Source: Moniliella sp. 'wahieum'
Lineage: Eukaryota
Assembly: GCA_003971905.1 (NCBI GenBank)
Contig: RSEE01000084.1
Coordinates: 248,001 to 308,290 of the forward strand
Length of the DNA: 60,290 nucleotides
Reading direction: 5' to 3'
Position numbers and translations under genes: made by a program. Below, one piece after another: positions 47,680 to 60,290 of this stretch. The notes under the pieces were generated by a model that saw only the letters and a list, made by a program, of their open reading frames with translations, did not search any database and had not been told where the DNA came from. Each line of letters opens with the position of its first letter. The first letter of the stretch is position 1.

Positions 47680-48741
47680 ATGTCGGTCGCCCAGGTTCAG
47701 GCAACCGTCGCTGCGGCCGTGGCGCCGTGGTGCACCGCTGCCGGCCTGCCCCGCATGCCCGAGCACGTCCTAACCATTATCGTCAGTGCCCTATCTTGGT
47801 TTTCCCTCCAGTTACTCTCCAGTCTCGTTCCCCCCTCCTCTTCCCTCGCACCATCGAGACCTTCGATCGCCGTAGCCGTCGCAACTGGGACGTGCATTTT
47901 GTTGCTCTAGCTCACGCCGCCTTAATCGCACCCCTTGCTGCACGCGTTTGGCTTGACGTGTACAACAACCCAATCGGTTCTCTGTTGATCCCCACCCTCT
48001 CGCCATTGACCGTCTGCGCGGGTACAGCTTCGATGCCGGTCAGTATTGCCATTTCGTTGGGATATTTTACGTGGGATATGTACATATCCCTTCGCGTACG
48101 TCCCCATCCCCCTGACTGCACCGATCACTGACAAAAGTCGGTTGCATGTCAACGTTCACAGTACGAAGGCGTTGCATTCATCGCCCATGGCCTGGTCAGT
48201 TTTGTTGCGTTTATACTCATTTACTCTCCCATTTTCATGTACGATGGCCTCGGGTTTCTTTTCTGGGAAGCATCTTCGCCGTTCCTCAACATTCATTGGT
48301 TTATGGACAAACTCGGCATGACCGGCTCCATCTGGCAGCTGATCAATGCCGTCTTCCTGCTAGGAACATACGTGGTTGTGCGTCTTGTTCTGGGTGTATA
48401 CAACTCCATCTCCTGGTTTAACATGACCCTTTTTGTACCTCATACCCCACCTATCCCCATCGGCATTAAACTCTTCTACTGCACGGGCAACGTCGTGCTC
48501 AATTCGCTCAATTTTATCTGGTTCCGTGCCATGGTCCGCGCTATCACCAAGCGGTTCCAGCACAAGACAGTGCCCAAGAAGGAGACGTGCCCACTGCGGA
48601 GCGCATCGTCACCGGCGAACAAAAGTTGTTCAACGTTGTCCCAGGGGAGGAGGACGATGTCTACCTGACCGAGGCGGGGTCATCCGCAAACGCACAGTGA
48701 CTGAGGAGGCGGTCGACGTCAAGCAATCGAGAGAGGTGTGA
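47680..48741 (+). CDS. TLC (TRAM/LAG1/CLN8) domain membrane protein, Tda4/TMEM56-like
   Basis: NWDVHFVALAHA, SLGYFTWD, FIAHG, FLFWEASSPFLNIHWFMDKLGMTGS..QLINA, LNSLNFIWFRAM; intron ~48096-48161. Confidence 0.88.
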
Positions 48742-49273
48742 TCCTTTTCCTCCCCCCTTTACTTTGAGGGAGTTGATCGCTGTAAGTCCTAAGTGAGAGT
48801 GCGGACCCATGTCCCTAGAGCCGGCAATGGTGTGCTGGGAGCTGTACAAACGGGCCCATGCCGTTTCATGCTGTGTAATAGTTTTCTTATATTCCCTGTG
48901 TTTGTGAACCGCCCCGTTCCAGCGATGCGATGCATGATGGATTGTGTGCTTTATATGGTGCTCGCGATTCAGGACCATAACTATTTCCCCCCCTTCCCCT
49001 ATACCATCTGCCCTGGGGCGCTCAAAGGAATGATCTGCGGAGCATGTTACCGGCAGAGCACTTAGTACTTGGATGCAGACGCGGGACAGCAACTGATTTC
49101 GCTTGATAGGAGGACGCGGCCTTGTCGATACCAGTCATTACCTAAGCGGCCGTCGCCACAGCCTAATCTGTGCGGTTGGCCGACGTCCCACCAGTCCCAA
49201 TCCTTTTGGCGGAATACAGTGTGGGGGGCTGCACCACACCACACCACCACCACCAACCGTCTTTGTCGCCGCC

Positions 49274-51545
49274 ATGGCTGAGCGCCGAGCACCTGCCGCT
49301 CCTCCTGGTTCCGGTGACGTTCCGACAGAGTCGCGTACGAGTGCGTATGTCCCCTCCTCTCCTCCAAGCAGCTGCTGACACCAGCTCTCCTTCACATCCC
49401 ACAGTCACCTTTGACTGGGTATGGCTTGTCGTCGAACCGCCCCCTTCAGAAACCAGACGTGCACTGACCCGATATCTGACCTGCCATACTGACATGTTTC
49501 CAGCCGCTAACCGGTATCAAGTCCCTCATCAATGAGCCCAACGAGGCGGTCAAAAACAAAGCGGTGCAAAGCGCCCACTTTTATAATGGATGCTGGACCA
49601 TCCTCTTCTACACCCCCCCCTGGCGTGGAGCGCAACCGTCTCTCCATCTACCTCTGTGCTGAACCGCAAGAATACGAGTGGATAAATCCCTTGCTCATGC
49701 AGACAAGCGCAAAGCCCAGCCCCGCTCGTGTTCGCAACACTCCTACTTCCACCCCGACGAAGGATGCCACTGAACCCAGCGGTGCCGCCTCCCCTACTCA
49801 GCCTAAGCTCACCTGGATCCGCAGAGGCAGTGTGCAATTCACCATCAGTCTCCTTGCACCTGTTACAGGCAAGCTCCAACAGCTGGCGTCCAAGGAGGCG
49901 TCGGATCACACTTTCTCCAGCCAGTCACCCAATTGGGGGTGGAGCAAGTTCTGTTCCCATGACGTTGTCCTTTCCTCCCTGCCTGTCATGGAGCTGGATA
50001 AGATAATTGTGAGCGTATCCATAACAACTCAGTCTGTGCCAGCGCGCTCTATGGTGCCATCCACCGCCGTTGTGCCCCATCAACTTCTGACCGCCCTGGG
50101 CAAGATGCTGGACAATCCCTTGTACAGGTGTGTGCTGCCCGCTGTCACATGATCGTCCCGATACTGATACATTGGCAGTGACATTGTCTTTTCTTTCCCT
50201 TCACAGACCAGTCGAAATGGTCCTCTGATTCAAAGACAAGAGGAAGAGACGATCTATGCCATCAAACAGTTGCTCGTCACCCGGTCTCAATACTTTACCA
50301 ACCTCCTCTCCGGTGACTTTCTAGAGGCCGGCGAGCGCCCTGCGCAACCGCCATCTACACTTTCGCCTCAACTTGGTGGTATGTTACTGGACGAGGAGCG
50401 GGTTGAGAACCAGGCGTCACCGGACGCTCTGCTCGATTTGGAAGGAGAAGAGAGCGTTTCGCCCTACATGCACCGAGCCCCGTCCCCTGAATACCTCACC
50501 GAGATATCTGTCCTACGCGTACCACCCCGAGATGGATGCGTTCCCCGATTCGGATGCGGAGTACGACTTTGATCCCGACTGGATTGACCCGGAAGTACGA
50601 TCGGGCAGCTTTACTCCAACTACTATTCCCAATCCCGAACGCCTGGAAGAGGACCTTCCTTCTCCGGGTCTCCATGGCCAGTCCAAAAGGGCGTTGAACG
50701 GGCGTTCGACACCCGAGATGGATACGCATCATGACAGCGGCTCTCTCGATTGGAACCGGTCCACACCCCTCGGCACGACCTCCGAAAGGCCGCAAGCGCA
50801 TCCAACCCCCCACCCCGAAGGTATCTCCTCGAGGAAAATCATCGTACGTCATCCCTCTTGATCCATGTTTTGCCTACCTTGCACGGAAGATGTACTAACT
50901 GCCATTCCAAGACTATCCCTGGAGTCACGCCACGGACTTACCGCGCACTTCTTCATTTCCTCTACACGGGCCAAGTCGAATTTGCTCCGTTGACGTCGAG
51001 CTATATATCCAACTGGAATGAGGAAACACTGTATGCCCCCCTGCCAGGGGAGGGATCGCTGGGATCGTCGATGTTTGTTCCGAATGCAGTGCGAGCACGG
51101 GTGAATGGGCTACGGATGTTGTATGCGGCGCACATGGAGCGACGCCTACAAATTGACGCATATTGCGCCCAGAACAAGGGGAAGCTAGAACCGTGCAGTG
51201 CCAAGTCTCTTTTCCGCTTGGCCGACCAACTCAACCTACCTGACCTACGGGAGCGCGCTATGACCCATATTCTCAACAACCTTACTGTCGACAACATTGC
51301 CTGGGAGCTCTTTTCTCACTTCACCTCCTCCTTCCCAGCTGCCGATCTGAAAAAGGCAGAGATGGCCTTCTTTTGTCTGTCTGGAGCAAAGCCAAATCAA
51401 CCGCCGTGATGAAAACCATTTTTTCGTCCTACCTCTTCCACCCGGGCTTGGGACAAACCTTCCCCTCGTCTTGGAGCACCTGGATTATCGCGGCACCGAA
51501 CCCGATTCTGACCCACCTTCTAGCCTCCCTGACTTGCCTCTTTAA
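49274..51545 (+). CDS. MATH-like/BTB-POZ domain protein (multi-exon)
   Basis: LSIYL and NWGWSKF (MATH-like); LDNPLYSDIVF after splicing, IYAIKQLLVTRSQYFTNLLSGDFLEA, TYRALLHFLYTG, CSAKSLFRLADQLNLPDLRERA. Confidence 0.8.
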
Positions 51546-52951
51546 CTCCATCCGCCGCTCCCGTGCCAGCCCCCCTACAAGCAGTACATCCCGCTGGCTG
51601 CCCGCCATCCATCTCATCCATCCATCCCACCTATTATTCTCACCTGTACACTACACCGCAACTTGGCCGCCTGGCCCATCATAGACCTATGGTATACTTA
51701 TCAACCCACTCCTTGAGGCATCGTAGAGGGTTGTGCCACCTGACACTTCTGTGGTCGAAGACATGTAGGAAGGGGTACAGAAGGTATGGTCGTTGAGCCA
51801 TGGCGGGCTGGCACATGGGAGGCAATAATGTGTGCGTCCAAGCGCATAGAAGAACGGGAAGATGTGGCCAACAAAACTGACGTCGTTGACGAGTGGGGCC
51901 AGGGCTGAAAAAGGAGGAGAGTTGGGGGGGGGGGGGGGTGCAGGCTCGCCTGCGTTGGTGTGCGTGGGGGTGCGTGTGGCGGTAAAAAGTACGAAAAGTG
52001 GCTGCTGGCTTGGGTGCCAGGGTGTGCCTCTCACAATGTCAAACAGCCGAGTCGATGACGGCAGTTCGGGGCACGCGCACGCCACCCTATCGCAGCAGGA
52101 GATCAACGGTTCAGGTTCAGTACGTTCAAGTTCACTAGTTCAACTTGCGTTAATTAACGCGTAACGGTAATAAACTGCCGCCGTCCCTTGGCTCTGCCCG
52201 CCGCCCCAGCAGCAACCGCAGCCACAGCCCCCCGAACAGCTTCCTCTTTCCTCTGGGCTCGTCTTCTCGCCCGCGCACCGCGAGCGTCCGCCCCCCCCCC
52301 CCGCAAGCCCTGGACCCATGGCGTGCTCTGCACTCGGCCTTCAAGCTTCAGCTCGGCTGATCCGCTGATGATTGATGCGCTGATGTGCCGAAGCACTGCT
52401 CACACTCATGTGCTAACCCACGTGCAACAGAAAAGCCCCCTTTGCATTCGCAAAAGGCCGAGCGAGTGTGTGCCACGCCCCCGCGCCAACCATTTGGCCG
52501 TCCTGACCGCAAAATTCCCTAGTCTGAGCACTTCTCCTCTATGCTGCCGCGCAGTGCTAAGCTTGAATTCCTCGTCCCCACTGAAGAGGTAGTGGTGCTG
52601 CGGGGCACAGGGGTACGGGGACTCTGATATCCTAGTGGAACCGGTCTGAGAATCTGAGGTCTGAGACCCTGAGGCCTAAGGCTCAGGCGCTCAGGACCCA
52701 ACAGGAGCACCACACTGTCAGGAACATTGCGCCGACGTAGCCAGGGTGCGTAGCAGCAGCTAGCGGAGTGCGTGCTCCTCTACTTCTTGCGTTGTTTGCT
52801 GTTATGATGTTCATCAGAACCCGGAATGTGTGCGCGTCAGCGTTGAGGCTCGTCTATGGCATCCTTATTAAGACCTGCACCTCTTCTTCGCCCGTTGGAC
52901 GCCGTTTTGCCACATCATTTTCCCTTCTCCAAAATTCCCCACCACTACACC

Positions 52952-54963
52952 ATGTCAAGATTCTTCCGTCGAGATCGCGCATCCGCTCCGTCCTCTGTCA
53001 CTCCCACGTCTACCAGGCCTTCTTTGCCCTCCCATGACGAGTTCGTGCCGGACACTTTTTTATCCTCACAACCCATCCCTCCCTCTTGGTTCCACGACGA
53101 AAAAAAGGTTGATGGCAAAGACACAGACTACCCCCCAGAGAAGATCACGGGCGGAGAGACGGTGAATGTCAAACAAGGCAAGTTGGACCAGTTTGCTGGG
53201 AAGGTCAAGTCGTATGGCGATCTCTCCAATATCGATCCTCAAGTGGCCAAGGAACTCTTTGATCAAGATGAGGTACGAGAGGCATTCACCTCTCGACAAC
53301 TGGCAATGATCTCGCTGGCGGGTATATTACATTCTATACAAGGAGAAGAGGGAGGTATTACCTTTATAATTGACCTACTTTTTCTCGTGACTCGCAGGTT
53401 CTATTGGTACGGGTGTCTTCTCGGAGTGGGCAAAGCCTTGGCACATGCTGGTCCCTTGTCGCTTTTCCTTGGATACTTGGTCGTTGGCGTCTTTGCCTGC
53501 GCGATGCTTTTTTGCCAAGCGGAAGTACGTGTTGCTCCTGATCTAGGTGATGCTGTTGGGGCTAATATTCAGCAAACATACAAACACAACTAACACCTCT
53601 TTTCCCCATTTAGCTTGCCACACTCCGCCCCCGTGAGTGGGTACTATGTCCGTCACAGTGGCATGTTTGTTTCCAAGTCGTTGGCCTTTGCAAGTGGCTG
53701 GTCCATGGTTTACAGCCAGATCGTCTCTATTCCCGGCGAGTTCAGCGGTGCCGCAATTCTGATCCAATTCTGGACAGAGAGCATCTCCCCCCGGTGTTCA
53801 TTACCATCTTTGGTGTGGTCCTACTCGTCACGAATCTCGCGTTTACTCGTATTTTTAGCGAGACGGAATACGCGTTTTCCATCATCAAGCTCACCACTGC
53901 CATCGGCCTTGTGATTTTCTGCATCTGCATCGACCTTGGTGCAGGACCGCACGGCATATGACGGGCTTTCAGTACTGGCGGAATCCCGGACCAATGGTCT
54001 CCTATCTTGCTAAAGGCGCGGCTGGGCGATGGTATGGCCTATGGTACACGCTAACGAACGCTGCCTACAGCTACCAGGGAATCGAGACGATCTGTGCCGC
54101 GGCGGCCGAAACGCGCAATCCGCGTCAGGCGCTGCCGCGGGCAGCCAAGCGCGTCTTTGTCCGTGTCGGGTTGATTTACATTTTGCTCGTTTTCTGTGTC
54201 GGGCTCATCGTCCCGTCCAACGACGAGCGATTGGTCAGCTCGTCTGGAACTGCATCCGCATCGCCCTTTGTCGTCGCCGCTTCTAATGCTGGCGTTCGCG
54301 TCTTGCCGAGCATCATTAATGCCATCACGCTCACCTCGGCATACAGTTCTGCAGCCTCCGGCGTTCTATCAGGCTCTCGGTCCGCCATGGCTTTGGCCAA
54401 CATGGGTTTTGCCCCCAAAGCATTCCTCAAGACCCATCGCTGGGGCGTGCCGTACATTGCTATCCTTGTCGTAACCGCCGGCTGGCCGTTGGGGTATACG
54501 GTGGTCAGTTCCAGCGCAACCCAAGTATTTGGTTACTTCCAAAGCATCACTTCTTCTCTCTGGCTCTGTATCAGTGGTTTGTTACCTGCCTTATCTTTTT
54601 GCGGGTATACTATGCTATGCGGGTCCAGGGTATCCCACGCTCTGCCTTGCCTTGGCAAGCGTGGGGTCAGCCCTATCTCGGCTGGATTGGCCTGGTGGGC
54701 TCTTTCTTCTGCCTTTTCACTGGTGGCTTTGAGTTCTTTATCCCGGGCAACCAGGAACCTCAAACCTTCATCTCAGCCTACTGTGCCCCCATCATCAACA
54801 TCTCCCTTCTCCTCGGGTTAAGTTCTACAGTGGCACACCGTTTTGGATTCCTCTTGAGGACGTGCCAATCCAACCCTGGCTCACTCAGTATCGGCAAAAC
54901 CCGGAACCACAAGAAGTTCCACCCAAGGGCTTGATTCGCATCATTAGTTGGATTTGGTTCTAA
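52952..54963 (+). CDS. Amino-acid permease (APC superfamily, YAT family)
   Basis: RQLAMISLAG/SIGTG, AGPLSLFLGY, GFQYWRNPG, AAYSYQGIE, ETRNPRQALPRA.KRVF.R, SASPFVVA, LPSIINA; two introns. Confidence 0.93.
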
Positions 54964-55399
54964 CAAAAGCCACACCCTCAAAGGGTGAGAGGCACACCGG
55001 GTCCCACCCACTCCATGTTGTATGTGGCTGTCAAGTCCACAAGCAACGTCTTTCGCAAGGGGTTCTCTATCGAATCTTGTCTATTTATGAAGTCCCTCTG
55101 TCACGTCCCGTGTCTCTCATTCGAATATGTCCGTGATGATAGAAGGAGGTTCACAACCATAGGGCATGTCCCCATAGTGGCACGCTATACTTCCCGCCGC
55201 TGGGACGTTAATCGATTATCTCGCCAATAGTTTTGGTATTTCATCTTTCGTTACTCAGACTTCCGCCTTGTCGCCATGGACCCGGATTCGCTCCACCAAT
55301 AATCCACTGGGGGAAGGAAGGCGGAGGCGGAGGAGTCGTGTGGGATCCATCTCGGGCACAGGTAGGAATATGGTCCTTGGCTCTTGGGTGTGATGATGG

Positions 55400-56680
55400 C
55401 CATGGGCGACAGGCACAAATTGCCCCTCTAACAAAAGATCGACGTGCCACTCGCACCACCCAGCAAGGCTCAACGTGATTCCTCTCACATGAATCGCATC
55501 AGAGAGCACAACGCCCACCCTGCCCTGGGCAGGGGTAGACCCCCTCCGCTTGAAGGAGAAAGGCCGGGTCCACGCCCGGAGGTTGCGAGGGGGATGTCAT
55601 GCTCCCGACGATGGAGTGAGCAAAGTCGCGCTCTCGCCTTGGTGGTAGCAGGGCAAAAAGTTGGGCGATACGGGTGCCGTGGAGTACACGTGGTGGGATG
55701 GAGGGTAGGTCGGAGCGCAGCCGGGCGCGAACGCGGGTAAGCAGTAGACAGGTCTGTCCCGCCCTGCGCGAGGTATGTTTCCGCGATCCAGGACCAAGCA
55801 CCAGGCTCGGCCTGCAGCAGGCGGAGTAGGATCGGTTCCAGATAAGAGGTGAGTTGGTATGTATCGCTTGGAAGGGTGGTGCGGAGGTGCTCCATCGCCT
55901 CTTTGGTCAAAGAAGGGGAATCGGGGTCGAGTTGCGAACACCTCGGACCAGGTAGGAAGCGGGTCGGGCGGAGTAGGAGGCTGGGGTTCCTGCAAAGGTA
56001 GTTCCCCAGGACTAGGGGGGTCAACTGCGGGACCAATGCATCGTCTTGCAGAGTAAGTCGGCTGCTGGGTTCTCAAACGCCGGTGAGATGGGGATCTGCT
56101 CTTCTGAGGAGATGCCCAGCAGTTCACCGTCATCGTAGACATGTTCATCCAAGGGCAGAGAGGTGGGAGCTGAGGTAGCTGTCCTCGCAGCATATTGAAT
56201 TTCTTCAACTCCAGTAGAGTTCCCTTGGGCAGCGGTATGAAAGGGCTTGGAGCGCGGCAAGAGCCAATATAGGCCCAGCCCCAACAGAACGAGGGCCCAA
56301 ACACAGATGCGCTCCCAGCGTCGACGCGCAGGGTGATGGTGGGATGGAGTCGAAGCTAACTCATGTGCAGTGCGCGTCCTGTCAAGCCGCTGCGGTATGG
56401 GTGATGCATAGGAGCCGGAATGGGGGTCGGTGCGGACGCGAAGCAATGGCGACGCGTCCACTTCGGAATCTGAGTCAGGTAGAGAGGAGGCTCGAGTTCG
56501 CGTACGCGTACTACGCGCGCGCGTCGTCGCCCGCCGCGTCGGTAAGGGCGTCGAATGGAGCGGCACACCTGGAGGGGGCGCGTTGGGGTGAAGACGTTGG
56601 GGCGTGCGGCGCGCGGTGGGGTGGTTGTGGTGGCATAGAATGAGAGATGGTGGGGGGGTAGGAAAGCAAGACAAGCCGAG
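55400..56680 (-). CDS. Hypothetical single-pass membrane protein (fragmented ORFs)
   Basis: Chain of minus-strand ORFs with one TM segment (ICVWALVLLGLGLYWLLP) followed by a Thr/Pro-rich and then globular region; no family recognised. Confidence 0.4.
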
Positions 56681-56896
56681 CAGCTACGCGGTGATCGACA
56701 TTAATTAATGTTCACATTCAGCAGTGCACAACATGCGTGCAATATCCGATCATCGAGATCATCCTTCATCATACCCTGTCCGCTGGCGCTCCAGCAACCA
56801 TCTGCCTCTGCATATTATTGATCGACATCACGCCCATCATCGACGCTCCGCGATAGCTCCCAGGGTGAAGGCCAAGGCCTAGTATGCTTTTAGTGT

Positions 56897-58247
56897 CTAG
56901 TGCTCCGCCGTGAGCTGCTCGTTCAAGCAGAGCCGCATGCCCCCCTGCTCTCGCCCACGGGCCATTCCTTCCCATCCCAAGCGGCCCTTTGGTCGAGAAG
57001 GGCAATCTGCAACGCCCGCTCGAACAGCCCCTCAATCGTCCCAACCAGCCGCTGGCCCGTCTGGGCAAAGTCGGGTTGGGCATTGACCTCGAGCAACTGG
57101 ACGTGCAGCTGATCATCCACCAGTAGATCCACCCCGAAATTTCCCACGCATTCGGCCAAAGCTGGAGGTGTACGCTACCACCCCTTGCAGCGGCCGCAAA
57201 CACCAGCCCGATCGTTTCAACAGCGCGGGTGCGGACGAGCTCGATAGCCTCCTCGGTCAGAGGGCCAGTCGGGGTCGCCGTCCCAGCCAGGTCGGACCAG
57301 AGATGCACATTTTCTTCCTTGGGCCGACCCTGATTGATGTGACGCTCCTCTTGACGACAGGTGTTGGTCAGGTGAGCATCGAGGCTGGCATGCTCATCCG
57401 GTGGGGCGTAGGGTACCGGTGCAAACAGGGCCAGCATTTCGTCCCATAGGTAGACTTGAAAGGCGCCCAACACAGCACATACGCACGAAGATGGAACTTG
57501 CGCCCACCTGCACTGGCATCGAGCGGGGACAGGAGTAACGGGTTGGCTAGGTAGTCCTGCATTGCGTCAGTCTTGCACTCTCACACGCGTAAAATGACAT
57601 ACTTGGATAACAAAGTGCCTCAGTTGACCCAACATCCCGCCCTCCTCATCTCCTTCGTCTCTGGCCTCTTCCTCCCCGTCCTCCTCCTCCTCCTCGGCCA
57701 GATCCTCTTCCTCGTACTGGTCGAAAATGGCACGCAGAGTTGACAACGAGTTGAACAACCGAATCCCGCGACCTCGATCAGCCATGCCTGGTTTGAGAAT
57801 AAACCATGATCCACTTCTAGGTCGTCGTTGAGGTCATACAGGTCGTCCATTAACAACTCGTCCAGCTCGTCGGCAAATTGCAGTTCGAAGTCCCATGTCC
57901 GTGGGGTGGCTTTGCGGATTAAGTCGGAGCGCTCCGAGCGTTGGCGGCATCGAGTCGTAGGGCATGGGCAAGATGGTGTTTGCGAATGAGCGCCTTGCGG
58001 ATGACATAGCTGCTACAGCGTGCTTTTGAACGCAAGTAGACGTTAATGGGATCCAGTCGTAGTCTCCCACATAGGCTTCGTACTCCTCCTCGGCCGAGCC
58101 AGAGTGGCCATCGACCACTCCCACCCTTGGGGGAGCAGCACGGAACGTGCAGCCTTGAGCACAACAGTGTGTGTAGTTTTCGTAGGTAGCAGGTGCGTCG
58201 CTGCCGGGCGCAGTGGGAGTAGGGAAGTTGATCCAGGCGGTGGGCAT
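56897..58247 (-). CDS. Tubulin-tyrosine-ligase family ATP-grasp protein (Pby1-like TTL domain)
   Basis: SSYVIRKALIRKHHLA, DELDELLMDDLYDL, WFILKPGMADRGRGIRLF, FVIQ|DYLANPLLL, RKFHLRAYVL, HLTNTC, FGVDLLVD....LLEVNAQPDF. Confidence 0.9.
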
Positions 58248-58476
58248 CGCTGGGGTTGTTGGTGTGGTGCTGGCGAAAGAGCAGTGGAAAATGAAGAAAA
58301 GGAAAAAAAAGAGAAGAGCAAATAGATCGATCCGATGATCCAGAAGCGGTGATGCAGGTGATGACAGCGAGTGATTCCGAATCACCACAAGCTTGCAGCC
58401 GCACCAGAAGAAGCGGCCTTCACCCACTTGGCCGTTCCGGGCGCCTCTCCTCCAGTCACCTTCCCCACCACCAACC

Positions 58477-59154
58477 ATGTCCGAGCTGTTCAGCACATCG
58501 CAGCATGCGGTGCGTGTGCCAGCCACCCACTTACGCACGACCGCACCACCCTGCTTAGTGTCCAGGTTACCCGCATGGCGAACGCAGCCTGGGTCTGGGT
58601 GGGGCCAGCAAGCCAAGCTGCTCAGGAGGCGTTTGCACCGCCACCCGCTGCCTCCGCAGTGAAAGATGCGACGTCTGCAGTGGACCAAGAGTTGGAGAAT
58701 GAGTTGCAAGAGGCACTTCGCGCGGCAGGAAGGGACACGCCCACGATGCATCGCACATTTGGTGTGCCCATCGCCCCCCTGGGGAGGGCGAGGCGAGTGC
58801 TAAGCCGGACAGCGATGCGGGACTGTGGGCGCCTCCTTCAGCGCCCACAGGTGCGCTGGGTACCGACATGGCGCTTGCTCTGGGGTCTGTGGGGAGCGAG
58901 GTGCTGCATGGTGGTGGGCCTAGGTTAGCGCGGGACATGGCACAGCGGATCGGTTCGTTTCCTTCCTGTATGCGTGCGTACAAGATTAAGGGACACTAAC
59001 GCCTGGACAGCACGCAAGGCTTCTCTGGGACAGGTGTACCTCTCATCGACGTGCCGAGCCTGGCGCCGTCAACGATGGAGGTGCGACCAGATTATACCCG
59101 CTTTGTGCTGGAGCGTGCTTTGGTCCAAATCCTTGCCCCGCCGGGAAGAATTGA
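58477..59154 (+). CDS. Small protein, possibly proteasome assembly chaperone 4 (PAC4/Poc4)-like
   Basis: VQVTRMANAAWVWVG ... DMALALG ... GQVYLS.DVP ... LERALVQIL layout resembles the PAC4 family; recognised by eye only. Confidence 0.45.
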
Positions 59155-59632
59155 TCAACCATTGCTGCTTCTACCTTCCCTGCTGTTTGTTCTGGATACA
59201 TGTATGAAGGGTAAGTTTACCGACTGTAGCTACGTCCGGATGTGATGCTACTAGGCGCATCTAGCTGAAGAGGGGGATGCTCTACGCAATAGTTCGGTAG
59301 ATCTGTTCGATCCTATCCAGCAGCAAGACCTTTCTTTGTGGCTCGTAGAATCCGTGTTCAGCAACGTGGTCCACAGCATCGCAGGCGCAGCCTGGTGGTG
59401 AATGCATGTAGCGCAAAGTACATGATTGTTGAAATTCGACGCTGAAGGTCATCTGGCATAACCAGTGTGGGGTACTACGAGGGGTCGTATGTTAGCGGGC
59501 CATGTAGACTGGAAGGAGAGGTTGGCAGGCAGAACTAGAGGTTTTAGAAGTGGCCCGTCATATGCTGTTTGGGGCTCAGATTGCTCCAGAAGGGGACTAT
59601 CAGTCAAGAAGAGAAGATGGGTAGGTACTGCG

Positions 59633-60290
59633 TTACGAGCCCAACGCTTCTCACGCCGCATCACACTTGGGTCGACCTTGATCAAGATCGTGGTTCTCTG
59701 AGGAAAGTCAGGGGGGGGACCGAGTGGGCAGTGACGCGAGCTGCGAATCCGAGTCCGTCCAGGGCAGCTTCGACGATGCCGGCTGTGACGCCTCAATCGA
59801 GAGAGAAGAGGTCCTTGGGATGGAGATGCGTCGAGCAAAGATGGGTTCGTTCATCGAGATCATGTCTGGGTCAAAGAAGGGGTTAGATACAAGGGAGCAA
59901 CGACGAGGGATGGTCGTACACTCATCATCGCGCTCAGTGGAGCGTTCCAGGGAGTCGGCGGGCCGCCCGAAGGCTTGGCGGTAAATGTGAGTGTGGACAA
60001 AGAGGAGGCAGGCACCAGGCGTGTCTCCCGCTTGGGTAGCTTGGGGTTGTTGGCCATCTCAAGGCGGTGGTGGTGAGGAGCAAAAGACGTTGGCCGATAC
60101 TGTACCCAATCAGGCTCAAGCGGCGCTCGAGCTGGGCCACACCACTGACGCGCGCCTGGTACGTCGACACCTCTCTGAAAACAAGAAGGACAGCGATGCG
60201 AGACTCACTTCGCATGACGAGTTCGATCGCGAGGACGGTCGAGCGGTCTGGACCAGCGGCTGGGACGTGGCATGGCCCGGCCAGCTGAAA
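59633..60290 (-). CDS. TRS31: TRAPP complex subunit Trs31/TRAPPC5 (5' end beyond window)
   Basis: QARVSGVAQLERRLSLIGYSIGQRLL, KRETRL, HTHIYRQAFGRPADSLERS, AGIVEAALDGLGFAARVTAH, PQRTTILIK. Confidence 0.9.

Noticed and set aside
12367..48741. Apparent lipid-metabolism cluster (NAPE-PLD, thioesterases, EGCrP, COQ7, TMEM41-like, TLC) with a Zn2Cys6 TF
   Set aside because: No backbone synthase, unrelated pathways and interspersed housekeeping genes; consistent with ordinary gene order.

Overview
Eukaryotic genomic DNA, most likely a basidiomycete fungus (compact genes, few GT-AG introns with CTRAY branch sites, intron-containing tRNAs). Most host genes are broken by 1-nt indels, probably uncorrected long-read errors, so gene boundaries are approximate. 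Recognisable genes: CCX-type Na+/Ca2+ exchanger, tRNA-Phe, WD40 protein, tRNA-Gln, NAPE-PLD, two tandem acyl-protein thioesterases, an Aro8-like PLP aminotransferase, pirin, Zn2Cys6 TF, COQ7, GH5 EGCrP/Egh1-like glucosidase, TMEM41/DedA-like protein, zinc-finger protein, HSF-family TF, TLC-domain protein, BTB protein, amino-acid permease, TTL-family ligase, PAC4-like protein and TRS31. The main feature is a young, intact 5054-bp Ty1/copia retrotransposon (160-bp LTRs, 159/160 identical, GGCTT target-site duplication) inserted antisense into the aminotransferase coding sequence. Its gag and pol are in the same frame, separated by a single amber (TAG) codon, which suggests stop-codon readthrough. 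Its primer-binding site is non-canonical and resembles a tRNA-Tyr anticodon-arm fragment, and its LTR carries tandem Gcn4/AP-1 sites plus an ATG in frame with the downstream half of the host gene. Older repeat relics and promoter clusters of ~7-bp quasi-palindromic repeats are also present.
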